Of a DNA stretch of 64,000 bases, positions 20,340-30,950 are shown piece after piece. The number at the start of each line of letters is the position of its first letter. The stretch's first letter is position 1. The position numbers and the translations under genes were made by a program. Source of the DNA: Crateriforma spongiae (GTDB lineage: Bacteria > Planctomycetota > Planctomycetia > Pirellulales > Pirellulaceae); the NCBI RefSeq assembly GCF_012290005.1, contig NZ_JAAXMS010000007.1, forward strand, positions 41,991-105,990, read 5' to 3'. The notes under the pieces are model-generated. The model was not told where the DNA came from, did not search any database, and worked only from the letters and a program-made list of their open reading frames with translations.

Positions 20340-21278
20340 ATGCATAAGAACAGACTTTCTGGTTTGGTCGCAGCGACGTACACACCGTTGCGGGATGACG
20401 GAACGGTGAATTTGGATATCGTCGATCCTTTTGTGGAACACTTGTTCAACAACGGCGTCAGCGGTTTGTACGTCTGTGGCAGCACGGGTGAAGGCATGTC
20501 CCTGACGATCGCCGAACGAAAGGCCACCGCGGAAGCATTCGTACGGGCGTCCGGTGGTCGTCTGCCCGTCATTGTCCAGGTCGGCCACAATAGTCTGGCC
20601 GAGGCGAGAGGGCTTGCCGGGCACGCGCAGGAAATTGGCGCGGATATCATTTCGGCGACTTGCCCGTCCTACCATAAAGTCGGTTCGGCCGGCGGATTGA
20701 CTGATTGCATGATCGAGGTCGCCGGCGGCGCGCCGGATCTCCCATTCTACTATTACCACATTCCGGCCCTGACCGGTTCGAATCTGGATGTGCTTGAATT
20801 TTTGAAACGCGGCGGCGAAAAGATTCAAAATCTTGTCGGTTTGAAGTATACCGACACAAAGCTGTTCGAATTTCAGGAGTGTTGCGAACTGGATGACGGT
20901 CGATTTGATGTTGTTTGGGGATGTGACGAAATGTTGCTGGGTGCTTTGGCCACCGGAGCCACAGGTGCGATCGGCAGCACTTACAACATTGCCAGCGGCC
21001 TGTACCGCCGAATCATTAGCGCGTTCGACCAAGCCGATTTTGCACAAGCACGCCGGTGGCAATCGCTGTCAGTCAAGATGATTCGCACGATGAATGGCTA
21101 TCCGTTCCACCCCGCGATGAAAGCCGTTCTGGAGTTGCGCGGGTTTGCGATGGGTGGTTGCCGACTGCCGCAGGGACGTTTGACTTGCGACGAGATCATA
21201 CGATTGAAAGCCGAGTTGCAGTCAATTGGTTTTTTCGATTGGTCACAAGACGGTCCAAATCCCGGAACGACACAATGA
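20340..21278 (+). CDS. nanA: N-acetylneuraminate lyase-like class I aldolase (DapA/NanA family)
   Basis: GLYVCGSTGEGMSLT, FYYYHIPALTG and the VGLKYTD Schiff-base lysine context. The C-terminal half resembles animal and bacterial NPL/NanA rather than DapA. The genomic context (NanM-SSS fusion downstream) supports this. Confidence 0.7.
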   Translation: MHKNRLSGLVAATYTPLRDDGTVNLDIVDPFVEHLFNNGVSGLYVCGSTGEGMSLTIAERKATAEAFVRASGGRLPVIVQVGHNSLAEARGLAGHAQEIGADIISATCPSYHKVGSAGGLTDCMIEVAGGAPDLPFYYYHIPALTGSNLDVLEFLKRGGEKIQNLVGLKYTDTKLFEFQECCELDDGRFDVVWGCDEMLLGALATGATGAIGSTYNIASGLYRRIISAFDQADFAQARRWQSLSVKMIRTMNGYPFHPAMKAVLELRGFAMGGCRLPQGRLTCDEIIRLKAELQSIGFFDWSQDGPNPGTTQ

Positions 21279-21443
21279 CTGCCTTCTGGAAGACTGACCA
21301 ACCGACGAATCATGCCATCGCATGTCGGTCCGTTGCTTGTTGCGTTTCGAGCACTGGCATAGTGCCGGGACACCGCTCGTTCGCAGTAAGACGAAGCCTG
21401 TGTGTCGGTGCGATGATTTGGATGAACAGAATAGGCAGACAGC

Positions 21444-22943
21444 ATGAACGACCTTCGGTTTGATAATCAGGTTATCTCGAGTTCTTCCTTGGCGTATCGG
21501 CGGTATCGTGACAGTTGGGCCTACGCGATTTTGAGGCTGATTTGTGTGCCTGCGGTGATGCTGATGGTTGGGTCCAATCCGATCGTCGCGGAATCGGCAG
21601 ACACCAACGTGGTTCTGATCTTGATTGACGACCTGGGTTGGAAGGATCTCGGTTGTTACGGGAGCGACTATTACCAAACGCCCAATGTCGATCAGCTCGC
21701 CCGCGAAGGCATGAGGTTCACCAATGGGTATGCCGCGTGCAACGTCTGTTCTCCGTCGCGAGCCGCGATTGTTAGCGGCAAATACCCTGCTCGACTACTG
21801 TTGACGCAGTGGTTGCCGTCGGGGCGTTGGGATCCGCAAAAGATGCGACTTCGCGAAGGTCGCTACTTGGCCAATCTTCCGCTGGAGGAATTCACCGTCG
21901 CCGAGGCGATGCGAGATGCCGGTTACCGAACCGCTTTCATTGGGAAATGGCATTTGGGAACGGAGACTTACTACTATCCCGAGCACCAAGGTTTTGATGT
22001 CAATATTGCCGGTCGCGATTATGGGGCACCCGGCAGCTACTTTTATCCCTTTGAAGGTACTTGGAAGATTCCAACCACGGGAAAAGTGCTGCAAAAAACG
22101 TCTCCGCTTGCAGGCACCAAAGGCGACTATCTTCCGGATCGTTTGGCGGAAGAAGCTGAGGCGTTCATTCGCAAAAATGCCGAGCATCCATTCTTTCTGA
22201 TGCTGTCACACTACGCGCTGCACACCCCGTTGCAGGCGAAGCAGGAGAAGATCGACCGCTATCGTCAGATTCCAGAAAGCCAGCGGCAAGGAAAGCCCAC
22301 CTATGCGGCGATGGTGGAGAGCATTGATGAGAGTGTGGGACGCGTGATGGCGACGTTGCGGGACGTCGAGATCGATGACCAGACCCTGGTGATCTTTACA
22401 AGTGACAACGGTGGGAACGCGAATGTAACCAATCACAGTCCGCTGCGTGGGAACAAAGGGTCGAACTACGAAGGCGGTCTTCGTGTGCCGCTGATCATCA
22501 AATGGCCCGGAAAGACTCGCCCAGGTTCGGTGTCGGACGAACCTGTGATTGGAACGGACTTTTATCCAACCATCTTGGAAGCGACCGGCCAAGCGTTACG
22601 ACCGCATCAGCATGTGGATGGCGAAAGTCTGGTTCCCGTGCTGATGGAATCGGGCGGTTTGAATCGAACGGCCATTCATTGGCATTATCCGCATTACAAC
22701 CAGCATCCGTCGGCTTTCCCGTCCGGGGTGATTCGTGCAGGCGATTGGAAGCTAATTGAAGCCTACGAATCGCGAGAACTGTCACTGTACAACCTGGCCG
22801 ACGACCTTGGTGAAACCACAGATCTGTCGGAACTTCGGCCTGACAAGCGAGATGAGTTGTACCGACGGTTGAAAACTTGGCGCGACGCGGTTGGTGCGGA
22901 TCCGATGAGACCCAATCCGGAGTATCAGGAAGACCAACAGTGA
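21444..22943 (+). CDS. Cys-type sulfatase
   Basis: [29 protein letters not shown] and FTSDNGG. Its TGA stop overlaps the next gene's ATG (tgATG). Confidence 0.9.
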   Translation: MNDLRFDNQVISSSSLAYRRYRDSWAYAILRLICVPAVMLMVGSNPIVAESADTNVVLILIDDLGWKDLGCYGSDYYQTPNVDQLAREGMRFTNGYAACNVCSPSRAAIVSGKYPARLLLTQWLPSGRWDPQKMRLREGRYLANLPLEEFTVAEAMRDAGYRTAFIGKWHLGTETYYYPEHQGFDVNIAGRDYGAPGSYFYPFEGTWKIPTTGKVLQKTSPLAGTKGDYLPDRLAEEAEAFIRKNAEHPFFLMLSHYALHTPLQAKQEKIDRYRQIPESQRQGKPTYAAMVESIDESVGRVMATLRDVEIDDQTLVIFTSDNGGNANVTNHSPLRGNKGSNYEGGLRVPLIIKWPGKTRPGSVSDEPVIGTDFYPTILEATGQALRPHQHVDGESLVPVLMESGGLNRTAIHWHYPHYNQHPSAFPSGVIRAGDWKLIEAYESRELSLYNLADDLGETTDLSELRPDKRDELYRRLKTWRDAVGADPMRPNPEYQEDQQ

Positions 22944-25576
22944 TGCGTCCCGCAATACTGCCCTGTGCCATCGTCCTGTTTTTCGTGCTTGCCGGCGCGG
23001 GCGATCCGAGCGTGTGTGCGGAAGACACGATCAGGCTTGATTGGCAAGAAATGCCATCAGTGCCGGACGAGCTAGGATTCGCCGGTCCGTTCGTCGGAAT
23101 TCATAATGATGCCTTGATTGTGGCCGGCGGTGCAAATTTTCCAAAACCGGTTTGGGAACAATCCAAGGTTTGGCACGATCGCGTCTTTGTGCTGACGCAA
23201 GCTGGTCTGAATGATGGCTGGAAAGAGGTCGGCAGACTGCCTCGGCCGATCGCATATGGTGCTGCGGTTTCGACGCAGATGGGCGTCGTTTGCATGGGCG
23301 GAAGTGACTCGCAGACCACTTATGACGACGTGTTTCTTTTGCGCTGGGACCCGGACACCGAAGCGATCGACGTCACATCGTTCCCAAAACTTCCCCAGCC
23401 GTGTGCGTATTCTACAGCGACGGTTATTGACGATGTGATCTATTTGGCCGGTGGCCAAAGCGGTCAATCGCTGGACACGGCGATGGCAAATTTTTGGTCA
23501 TTGGATTTGTCCCACAGGTCAAGCGGCGACGGCTGGCGATGGACCCAGCACCAAGTTTGGCCGGGGCCTGGACGAGCATTCAATCTGACCGTCCGGCAAC
23601 ACAACGGCTACAACGATTGCGTTTATGTCATCAGCGGACGCCGGCAGGATGGCGATCCGAACGATCCGGAGGATATTGAGTTCTTGCGGGATGTGTGGGA
23701 ATACAACCCGTCGACCGGTCACTGGCGTCAGCGTGCAGATGCACCACGATGTGTGATGGCGGGAACTGGCATTGGTGTGGGCCAAAGTCATGTCATGGTC
23801 TTGGGCGGTGCGACCGGGGAGTTGTTCTTTCAGGCGGATGAACTGAAAGATGATCATCCCGGATTTATCCGACAGGCTCTGGCGTATCACACGATCACTG
23901 ATACGTGGGTCCCTGCCGGTGAAACACCAATCAATCAAGTCACGACGACAGCGGTCAGGTGGGGTGACGCGATTGTCGTACCTAGTGGCGAAATTCGCCC
24001 GCGTGTTCGTACGCCGCGTGTTTTTCGTGTCAGCGTTGGTCGATCGACTGTTCGTTTTGGGGCCGTCAACTACATCGTGCTGTTCGGGTACCTGGCATTA
24101 ATGGTGGGAATCGGTCTGTATTTCGCACGAAAAAACAAAAGCACCGAAGACTATTTTCGTGGCGGAAAACAGATTCCGTGGTGGGCCGCCGGATGCAGTA
24201 TTTTTGCAACAATGTTGAGTTCGCTGACCTTTACAGGAATTCCATCCAAGTCGTTTGCGCAAGACTGGGTGTACGCCATTGGTAACTTGATGATTCCTGT
24301 CGTGGCGGTCATTGCCGTCTACATTGCGATGCCGTTCTTTCGAGGTATCGATGCGACCAGCGCATATGAATACTTGGAGAAGCGATTCAGTCGCTCCGTA
24401 AGATTATTCGGAAGCGCCAGCTTCACCCTGTTCCATTTGTTTCGCATGGCTGTTGTCATGTCTTTGACCGGGTTGGCCTTGTCGGTGGCCACACCGCTGA
24501 CACCCACACAATCGGTATTGCTGATGGGTGTTTTAAGCATTGTTTATTGCACAATGGGCGGCATCGAAGCGGTGATCTGGACAGATACGATTCAAACGGT
24601 CGTCTTGTTGGGTGGCGCAATGTTGGCTGTGGTGCTGCTGATCGCTGGTGTGGACGGTGGCGTGTCCGGGTTTTGGTCCGTCACCACGGAAGCGGACAAA
24701 TTCAAGCTTGCCAATTTTCACTGGGACATCACGAGCAGCCAAGTTGCTTTGTGGGTGGTTGTTGTGGGGGCCTTTGCCCAGAACATTTCGTCCTACACCG
24801 CGGATCAGGCCGTGGTCCAGCGTTACATGACCACCGCGGATACGCGATTGGCGGCGCGTTCGATTTGGACCAATGCGGTTCTGACGATTCCCGCGACGAT
24901 TTTGTTTTTCGGTATCGGAACCGCGTTGTTCGCTTTCTATCAATCGCATCCGCAAAAGCTGGATCCTACGATCACGACGGACCAAGTGTTTCCACTGTTT
25001 ATCGCTCGCGAGATGCCCGTTGGTTTTGCCGGACTGATTGTGGCGGGTATTTTTGCTGCGGCTCAGTCTACGGTTTCAACCAGCATGAATTCCACGGCAA
25101 CCGCGGTCGTGACCGATTTCATGCGTCCGAGGCAATTTTGCCGATCGGAGGCCGGGTATCTGGCCGCGGCAAGATGGTGCACCTTTTTGATCGGCGTCGT
25201 CGGTACGCTGCTTGCGATGGTGTTTGTGGACCCAGAGATCAAATCACTCTTTGACACATTTCTGCGTGTCATCGGTGTTTTTATGGGAGTGCTGGGCGGA
25301 CTGTTTGTCCTTGGCGCGTTGACGCGGCGAGCCAATGCAATCGGTGCGATGATCGGTGCCCTGGTCGGTGCCACGGTGATGTTTTGCCTGTGGAAATTTA
25401 CGCAGGTTAACGGATTTCTCTATACGGCAACGGGGATCACATCCTGTGTCGTGGTCGGGATGCTTAGCAGTCTGGTCTTTCAGCGGCCGGTTCAAGATTT
25501 GACCGGCTTGACCATCTACACCATGACTGAACCAGTCGACGCGCAACCGTTGTCCCGGGCGGAGGAATTGGGCTAG
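22943..25576 (+). CDS. Fusion of an N-terminal Kelch beta-propeller (NanM-like sialic-acid mutarotase) with a C-terminal sodium:solute symporter (SSS) permease
   Basis: Signal peptide [20 protein letters not shown]. Kelch/NanM-type repeats ([46 protein letters not shown]) run up to ~24050. From ~24060 there are ~13 TM helices with SSS motifs ([26 protein letters not shown]). Start trimmed to the ATG at 22943. Confidence 0.8.
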   Translation: MRPAILPCAIVLFFVLAGAGDPSVCAEDTIRLDWQEMPSVPDELGFAGPFVGIHNDALIVAGGANFPKPVWEQSKVWHDRVFVLTQAGLNDGWKEVGRLPRPIAYGAAVSTQMGVVCMGGSDSQTTYDDVFLLRWDPDTEAIDVTSFPKLPQPCAYSTATVIDDVIYLAGGQSGQSLDTAMANFWSLDLSHRSSGDGWRWTQHQVWPGPGRAFNLTVRQHNGYNDCVYVISGRRQDGDPNDPEDIEFLRDVWEYNPSTGHWRQRADAPRCVMAGTGIGVGQSHVMVLGGATGELFFQADELKDDHPGFIRQALAYHTITDTWVPAGETPINQVTTTAVRWGDAIVVPSGEIRPRVRTPRVFRVSVGRSTVRFGAVNYIVLFGYLALMVGIGLYFARKNKSTEDYFRGGKQIPWWAAGCSIFATMLSSLTFTGIPSKSFAQDWVYAIGNLMIPVVAVIAVYIAMPFFRGIDATSAYEYLEKRFSRSVRLFGSASFTLFHLFRMAVVMSLTGLALSVATPLTPTQSVLLMGVLSIVYCTMGGIEAVIWTDTIQTVVLLGGAMLAVVLLIAGVDGGVSGFWSVTTEADKFKLANFHWDITSSQVALWVVVVGAFAQNISSYTADQAVVQRYMTTADTRLAARSIWTNAVLTIPATILFFGIGTALFAFYQSHPQKLDPTITTDQVFPLFIAREMPVGFAGLIVAGIFAAAQSTVSTSMNSTATAVVTDFMRPRQFCRSEAGYLAAARWCTFLIGVVGTLLAMVFVDPEIKSLFDTFLRVIGVFMGVLGGLFVLGALTRRANAIGAMIGALVGATVMFCLWKFTQVNGFLYTATGITSCVVVGMLSSLVFQRPVQDLTGLTIYTMTEPVDAQPLSRAEELG

Positions 25577-28500
25577 GAGCCCTCTTGGGTTTTGCCTTCC
25601 TCGAACGCCTTTTCAACGTCCTGGTAGGTCTGCACCATTCGATCCAACTGTTGTTGCAGTTGTTGCAAATCGGTGCCGCTTTCGATCTGGTTCTGCAGGA
25701 TCGGCCGCAGCCATTCTTGCATCAGATGAAATTGGCCTTTGACCAATTCGGCCAGTACGCGGGGAACCTTGTGCTGGACCAGTACCTTCTGGTCCGGCGG
25801 CGAAGCGGCTTGCTGTTGGGCGATTTGTTCCAAACGCTGTGTCGTCGCGTTGAGCGATTCGGAAAGCTGAGCTCCCGAAGTGACCAGTCCGTCTCGGATC
25901 GATTCGACACGTTGGTCCATGCGGCGTTGTTGGTCTTCATCACCGACCGCGACGGCACGACTGATCACGGCGCGGATCGATTCCAAGCCGTCGCGCATTG
26001 ATGCCAGTTGTCGCAGCAATTGCCCGGTCGTGTCGCTGTCGTCCAGGCCCGACATGCGGACGCTTTCGACGAAGGCGTATTTGATGCCGTCCCAACGTTC
26101 TTTCTGTTCTGGCGTCAGAACGCCCAACAGTTCGCGGAACTTCAGCATGTTCGCTTCGTTATCCGTGGTCAGCGTCTGGGCATCTTGTTCGTAACTGCTG
26201 ACGATCAGTGACTGCAATTCGCGATCGTTCATCACCGGCGCGACCTTTTCGGCGATCCGGTTCATGTTTCGATAGCTGCCTTGCAGTTTGAAAGGTGGTT
26301 CGGTTCGATAGGCGTCCGCTTGGGCGGCACTTTGGATGTAGGTTCGGTTGACTTTCAGGACGACGTCACGCACACGCAACAGTTTGCGAATGACTTCGTA
26401 CATGTCGTTCAGCTGGTCGGGGCTGATCTTGGTTTCCAGTTCGATCCCTTCCATCGAATCGCGCTGAGCCGCCGCGATGATGGCGCGGGCGTCCGATGGT
26501 GGCGCTGTCGATAGTGGTGCCAAAGTCGGATTGCTGGTCAAACAGTTTTCCAGATACGACATTTCGAATGCGTCGGAAGATTCACCGATAATTTCGCCCA
26601 AGTTGTATACGTCCGCACGGTTGGAAAGCATGTCGGGGATCTGGAACCGTTCGCCCGATTCGGTGTAGGGGTTGCCCGCCATGACAACCGCGACACGACG
26701 ACCGCGCAAATCATAGGTGCGTGTCTTGCCGTCGCGGACACCTTCGATCTTCCGCGTGGCATCGCACAAGGAGATGAACTTCTGCAGTAGTTCCGGATTG
26801 GTGTGCTGAATGTCGTCCAGGTACAGCATCACGTTGTCACCCATTTCCAGGGCTAAATTCAATCGCTGGACTTCTTCTCTGGCGGCGGCGTTGGGGGCTT
26901 CGGCGGGATCCAGCGAAGTGACACCGTGGCCGATCGCCGGGCCGTTGATCTTCATGAAGACGATCCCCAAGCGATTGGCGATGTATTCCATCAAGGTCGT
27001 CTTGCCGTACCCCGGTGGCGAGATCAATAGCAACAGCCCCATGCGATCGGTGCGTTTGCCGGCACCCGCAGCGCCGATTTGTTTGGCCAAGTTGTCACCG
27101 ATCAGCGGCAGATAGACTTCGTCCAGCAACCGGTTACGGACAAAACTGGTCAAGACCCTTGGTTTGAATTCATCCAAACGCATGGAGTCACGCGACTGTT
27201 CGACGATCCGGTTTTTCGATTCGTGTAGCCGCTGAAAACTCGGAACGACCGAACGGACGTAATGACTCATTCGATCGGTGAATTCGTGATAGTCCAACGA
27301 CAGCTTTCCGCCGCTGATTCGCGGATGGCTGCCGACGATTCCGGAAAGCGTTTGGGCCGTCTCTGCGGTGGCGGTTTTGAACGAATCCGCACCACCCCAC
27401 TGGATCAACAAGGCCAGTTCATTGCGGTGCGCGCTGGCTTTTTGACGATCGGAATCGGAAAGTGAATCGATATGGGCGTCCGCCCAGTTGCGGGCGAGAA
27501 CAAAGGCTTGTGTCGCCGAAACACTGGCTGTTTTTCCAGTGGTCGGCATTTTTCCTGCGGTTTGGAACTGCGTGTACAAGTCCGCCGCGTCACGGCTGAT
27601 CGTCGACTTGCGGACCGAGGTCGTCAGTTGGTCGAACAGGTAATCGGCCATCCGATGCGGTGTCAAAGTCGAATCAAACAGGGACGAAAATTCATCAAAT
27701 TGTGCGGTGATTGCGTCACACAATTGCTGGTGAAATTGACGCGCCGGTGTGGCATTTGGATACGCCTTGGCAAGTCGGCCGTAGCCGCCCACCCAATCAG
27801 AAAACGATTTCTGTGTGGCGGTGTCGGTTAGCTTCTTCAGCCACAGTAGTGACGCCGCACGGACCGTTGGCGAATGACGCAGCAACCCCAGTTGCCGATC
27901 CATCGCAAGCAGCGTGGTCAGCACGATCGCCGCATCATGATCGTGCACACCTTTTGCGTAACCTTCTTCGAAACGGCCCGCCATCTGTTTTTGGACCCAG
28001 GTGGTCCATTGCGGCAATGCCTCGGGATCGTCCGCATCAAGTTCGGTTGGAAGCGTTCCGCTGCTGATGGAACGAAACAGGTCGTACGCCAGGTATTCGC
28101 CACGATAGACATCGCGGTTTTCGCTGATCAATTCTTGATCCCAAAGATCGCGGGCATCTTCCAACGCCGCATCATGCAGGGGATCAAAGTACTGGGTGCC
28201 GGTCAAGTGAAGGCACATTTGACCGTCACGTAAGACGGTGGTCAGGTCCAGCGGTTGGGTATTGACGGCAAAACGCTTGTCGCCCAGACGGATGACTTCG
28301 CCGCCGTCCTCGTACAACTCGCGACGATCCTTCAATTGCCGAACGGCGTCTTCGCGAGCCGATTTCAGTCGTCCACGGAGGTCTTCGGCGCGGACGGCAT
28401 CGTTCAAGTCATCCAGCGAATCGACGATGTCGCGGACCTTTTGGACCATCAGATCGCCGGCAAAGTATGCGGCGATTTCCTCGGGAGTCTCGATCGTATC

Positions 28501-30819
28501 GATGCGCGACTTGATGCTTTGCAGGATCCGGTCCGCCGCAGTCGCCAGCGATTGTGCCCGCCGGTTTTGCTTTTCGACCAGCGCGACCTTGCGGCTTTCA
28601 AACGCCGCGTAGATCTCTTCCCGCCGAGTCGCCAATTGTGGAATGAAGTCGTCGAATTCCGCAAACCGGCCTTCCAGTTCCTCCAGTTGCAACATGACCT
28701 TGGTCAGGTACTGGTCACACTTGGCGGGCGTGTCGCAGATGTCCAGGTATCCGGCCGTGCTTTGGGCCAGCAACTTCATCTGTGACGCAAATTCCGCACG
28801 ACCCTCGACCGATTGAAGGTCCTGGATTCGGGCCTTTAGCGTACTGCGGACGCGATTGACCGACGCCAGCACGTCGCCGATGTTGTCGACGATGGTCGTG
28901 CGTTTGGTGGTGTCGTCGATTTTGAGATTGCTGACGGTTTCGGTCAGCATTTCCAGGTGTTCGGCCGTTTGGTCGATGCGTTCCTGGATCTCTTTTGCGG
29001 CTGCTACGGTTTCCGTTTGCTGGATCGTCGCATCGATCTCTGAAACGCGTTGCGTGTAGGGGGCCAGTGCGTCGTTGCCCAAAAGAAAATCGACACAACG
29101 TCGGCTGATCCGTTCGGCTTTTTCGACGACAGAGGTTTCCAGTGATTGCACCCGAGATTCGTCGACGTATCGCAAGTCTTTCAGGCCCAATGCGGCGGCC
29201 CGTTGACGTCGCAGTTGCGACAGGACGTCGACGAAATCATCGATCGATTCGAAACGACTGCGGTCAACCGTTTTCAGCAGTTCGTCGATCGCTTTGGCAA
29301 CACGTTTGGTCGCAGATTCCGTTTCGTTTTTTGCGCGGACGACCTTTTCGAATTCTTCGATCGCCGTGTTGGCCGCTTGGCGGATTTGAATCAGCGGCTG
29401 ATTCAGTCCCTGTGTTTCCGCTTTATCGATCCAAAAATACGAATCCAGGATGTCGCCAGTCTTCTTGGCAATGTCGACGTACAGACCTTCATAGCTGTCG
29501 TCTTTGTCGATCAGTTGCAGCACTTCGCTGCATTCGGACATGCCCCGAACGATTTCTTGGTTGCCGATTTTGAACAGTAGCGAATCGCTTTGGTGTTCGG
29601 CGATGAAGTCGGGGCCGGTAAACGGAGTCTGCCAGACCTGGATCGCGTGGTGTTTTTGCGGCTGGTCGTTCCCGGTGAAGCAGACCATTTCGCCACGCTG
29701 GAAAAACGTCTGGCCATGGCAGACCAACGGCGTGTCCACGGTTTGGTTGATCAGGTTGTAGCGAAGCTGGATGTAGGTGCCGCTTTCCGGGTTGTAGAAC
29801 AAGTACAGAAAGTCTTCGCCGTTGGGTGATGCGACGGTGCGCTGGAAACGCATGTCGATCAAGCCGTGATCGAAGCGTTTGAATTGACCCGTCTGCAGAT
29901 AATAACCGCCGGGGAAAATCAGCCCCTGGTCGCTGGGCAACATCACACAAGCGTGTTCGATTTCGTCCAGACGCATCGCCTGGCCCAATTTTCCGTTGAA
30001 CACAAAATGGCGGAACGTGTTTTCTTGGTAGGGTTTGATTCGGATCAGAATCAGGTTGCCGACGACCGCGTAATAGACCTCGGCGTCGTCCAGGGTTTGA
30101 TCCGGATTTTCGACCGGTTCGGCCAGAATGCCTTCGCCGCTTTCGGTGTTGTCTTCAATCTTGATCGTCAGGTCGCCACCGACCGTTTCGACGAACACCC
30201 GATCATCCAGACTGATGTGCGGATGTTTTCCGTAGACGTGTTGGTCGCGGGTGGTCCGCGTCCATCGGAATTCGTGCTGCGCGGGGTCACGGACTTCGTG
30301 TTCGCTGCGGTTGTCGACATAGACCAAGCGGTCATCGTCGATCCGCCATTTGAACGATTTGATATCTCGCGGCGTTTTGCCGACGCGAAAGACCATGTGC
30401 AGCAATGGCCCGTCACGAAAAAAGCGGGCGAAGGTCGTGCCTTTATAGAATCGATACAGTTCGGCAAAGTCGCTGTGGAATCGATCGTCGCCGATCAAGT
30501 CCAGCGATTCGGTGTGGAACTGGTGGTCATCGAATCGATAGGCGGAAAACACGTCGCCGATTTCGGTTTCCAGTTTCAGGCCGAACTGGACGTTGTACCC
30601 GAACAAAAAGCGGTCGCCGACGCTGATCAGATCACGCGGGACACAATTGTGTGTGGTGGTGACGCGTTCGGTCGTCACCAATTTCGTTTCGATGTTGCCA
30701 AAGACTTCGCTGCGTGAATCGTTCAAACGACGCAGTCGGTCACGCAGGTCCTTGGCGGCATCGCGGATGCGTTGACGCAGGACTTCGTACGTCCCGGCGG
30801 CCAGCTGGGTGTCGGTCAT
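25573..30819 (-). CDS. Giant (1748 aa) uncharacterised protein with an N-terminal beta-rich domain, a ~450-aa coiled-coil/helical region and a C-terminal AAA+ ATPase
   Basis: One uninterrupted ORF. Walker A SPPGYGKT (nt 26998..27021), Walker [10 protein letters not shown] (~26806..26832) and [29 protein letters not shown] (sensor/arginine region). Residues ~440-900 are heptad-rich and helical. I recognised no nuclease, protease or TM segment. Confidence 0.8.
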   Translation of the reverse strand: MTDTQLAAGTYEVLRQRIRDAAKDLRDRLRRLNDSRSEVFGNIETKLVTTERVTTTHNCVPRDLISVGDRFLFGYNVQFGLKLETEIGDVFSAYRFDDHQFHTESLDLIGDDRFHSDFAELYRFYKGTTFARFFRDGPLLHMVFRVGKTPRDIKSFKWRIDDDRLVYVDNRSEHEVRDPAQHEFRWTRTTRDQHVYGKHPHISLDDRVFVETVGGDLTIKIEDNTESGEGILAEPVENPDQTLDDAEVYYAVVGNLILIRIKPYQENTFRHFVFNGKLGQAMRLDEIEHACVMLPSDQGLIFPGGYYLQTGQFKRFDHGLIDMRFQRTVASPNGEDFLYLFYNPESGTYIQLRYNLINQTVDTPLVCHGQTFFQRGEMVCFTGNDQPQKHHAIQVWQTPFTGPDFIAEHQSDSLLFKIGNQEIVRGMSECSEVLQLIDKDDSYEGLYVDIAKKTGDILDSYFWIDKAETQGLNQPLIQIRQAANTAIEEFEKVVRAKNETESATKRVAKAIDELLKTVDRSRFESIDDFVDVLSQLRRQRAAALGLKDLRYVDESRVQSLETSVVEKAERISRRCVDFLLGNDALAPYTQRVSEIDATIQQTETVAAAKEIQERIDQTAEHLEMLTETVSNLKIDDTTKRTTIVDNIGDVLASVNRVRSTLKARIQDLQSVEGRAEFASQMKLLAQSTAGYLDICDTPAKCDQYLTKVMLQLEELEGRFAEFDDFIPQLATRREEIYAAFESRKVALVEKQNRRAQSLATAADRILQSIKSRIDTIETPEEIAAYFAGDLMVQKVRDIVDSLDDLNDAVRAEDLRGRLKSAREDAVRQLKDRRELYEDGGEVIRLGDKRFAVNTQPLDLTTVLRDGQMCLHLTGTQYFDPLHDAALEDARDLWDQELISENRDVYRGEYLAYDLFRSISSGTLPTELDADDPEALPQWTTWVQKQMAGRFEEGYAKGVHDHDAAIVLTTLLAMDRQLGLLRHSPTVRAASLLWLKKLTDTATQKSFSDWVGGYGRLAKAYPNATPARQFHQQLCDAITAQFDEFSSLFDSTLTPHRMADYLFDQLTTSVRKSTISRDAADLYTQFQTAGKMPTTGKTASVSATQAFVLARNWADAHIDSLSDSDRQKASAHRNELALLIQWGGADSFKTATAETAQTLSGIVGSHPRISGGKLSLDYHEFTDRMSHYVRSVVPSFQRLHESKNRIVEQSRDSMRLDEFKPRVLTSFVRNRLLDEVYLPLIGDNLAKQIGAAGAGKRTDRMGLLLLISPPGYGKTTLMEYIANRLGIVFMKINGPAIGHGVTSLDPAEAPNAAAREEVQRLNLALEMGDNVMLYLDDIQHTNPELLQKFISLCDATRKIEGVRDGKTRTYDLRGRRVAVVMAGNPYTESGERFQIPDMLSNRADVYNLGEIIGESSDAFEMSYLENCLTSNPTLAPLSTAPPSDARAIIAAAQRDSMEGIELETKISPDQLNDMYEVIRKLLRVRDVVLKVNRTYIQSAAQADAYRTEPPFKLQGSYRNMNRIAEKVAPVMNDRELQSLIVSSYEQDAQTLTTDNEANMLKFRELLGVLTPEQKERWDGIKYAFVESVRMSGLDDSDTTGQLLRQLASMRDGLESIRAVISRAVAVGDEDQQRRMDQRVESIRDGLVTSGAQLSESLNATTQRLEQIAQQQAASPPDQKVLVQHKVPRVLAELVKGQFHLMQEWLRPILQNQIESGTDLQQLQQQLDRMVQTYQDVEKAFEEGKTQEGS

Positions 30820-30950
30820 GGCACTAGGCGTTCATCGATGGCTGGATGGTTGATGATGGAGCCACCGCGACGGCCGTCATATCGCAGCGGCATGGCCGGC
30901 TGCGATGGTGGGTGTGGCGCGCGTGTGGTGTCCGTGGGAACCGCAAGGAA

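Noticed and set aside
20766-20785. tRNA T-arm-like 'ggttcgaatc' string, a possible tRNA/att site
   Set aside because: It lies inside the NanA-like CDS in frame, with no acceptor, D or anticodon stems around it. I found no tRNA-like cloverleaf anywhere in the window, including the island flanks.
29866-30717. 283-aa plus-strand ORF, with several others, inside the giant ATPase gene
   Set aside because: It is antisense to an uninterrupted 5.2-kb ORF that has AAA+ motifs. It is typical GC-rich shadow ORF composition.
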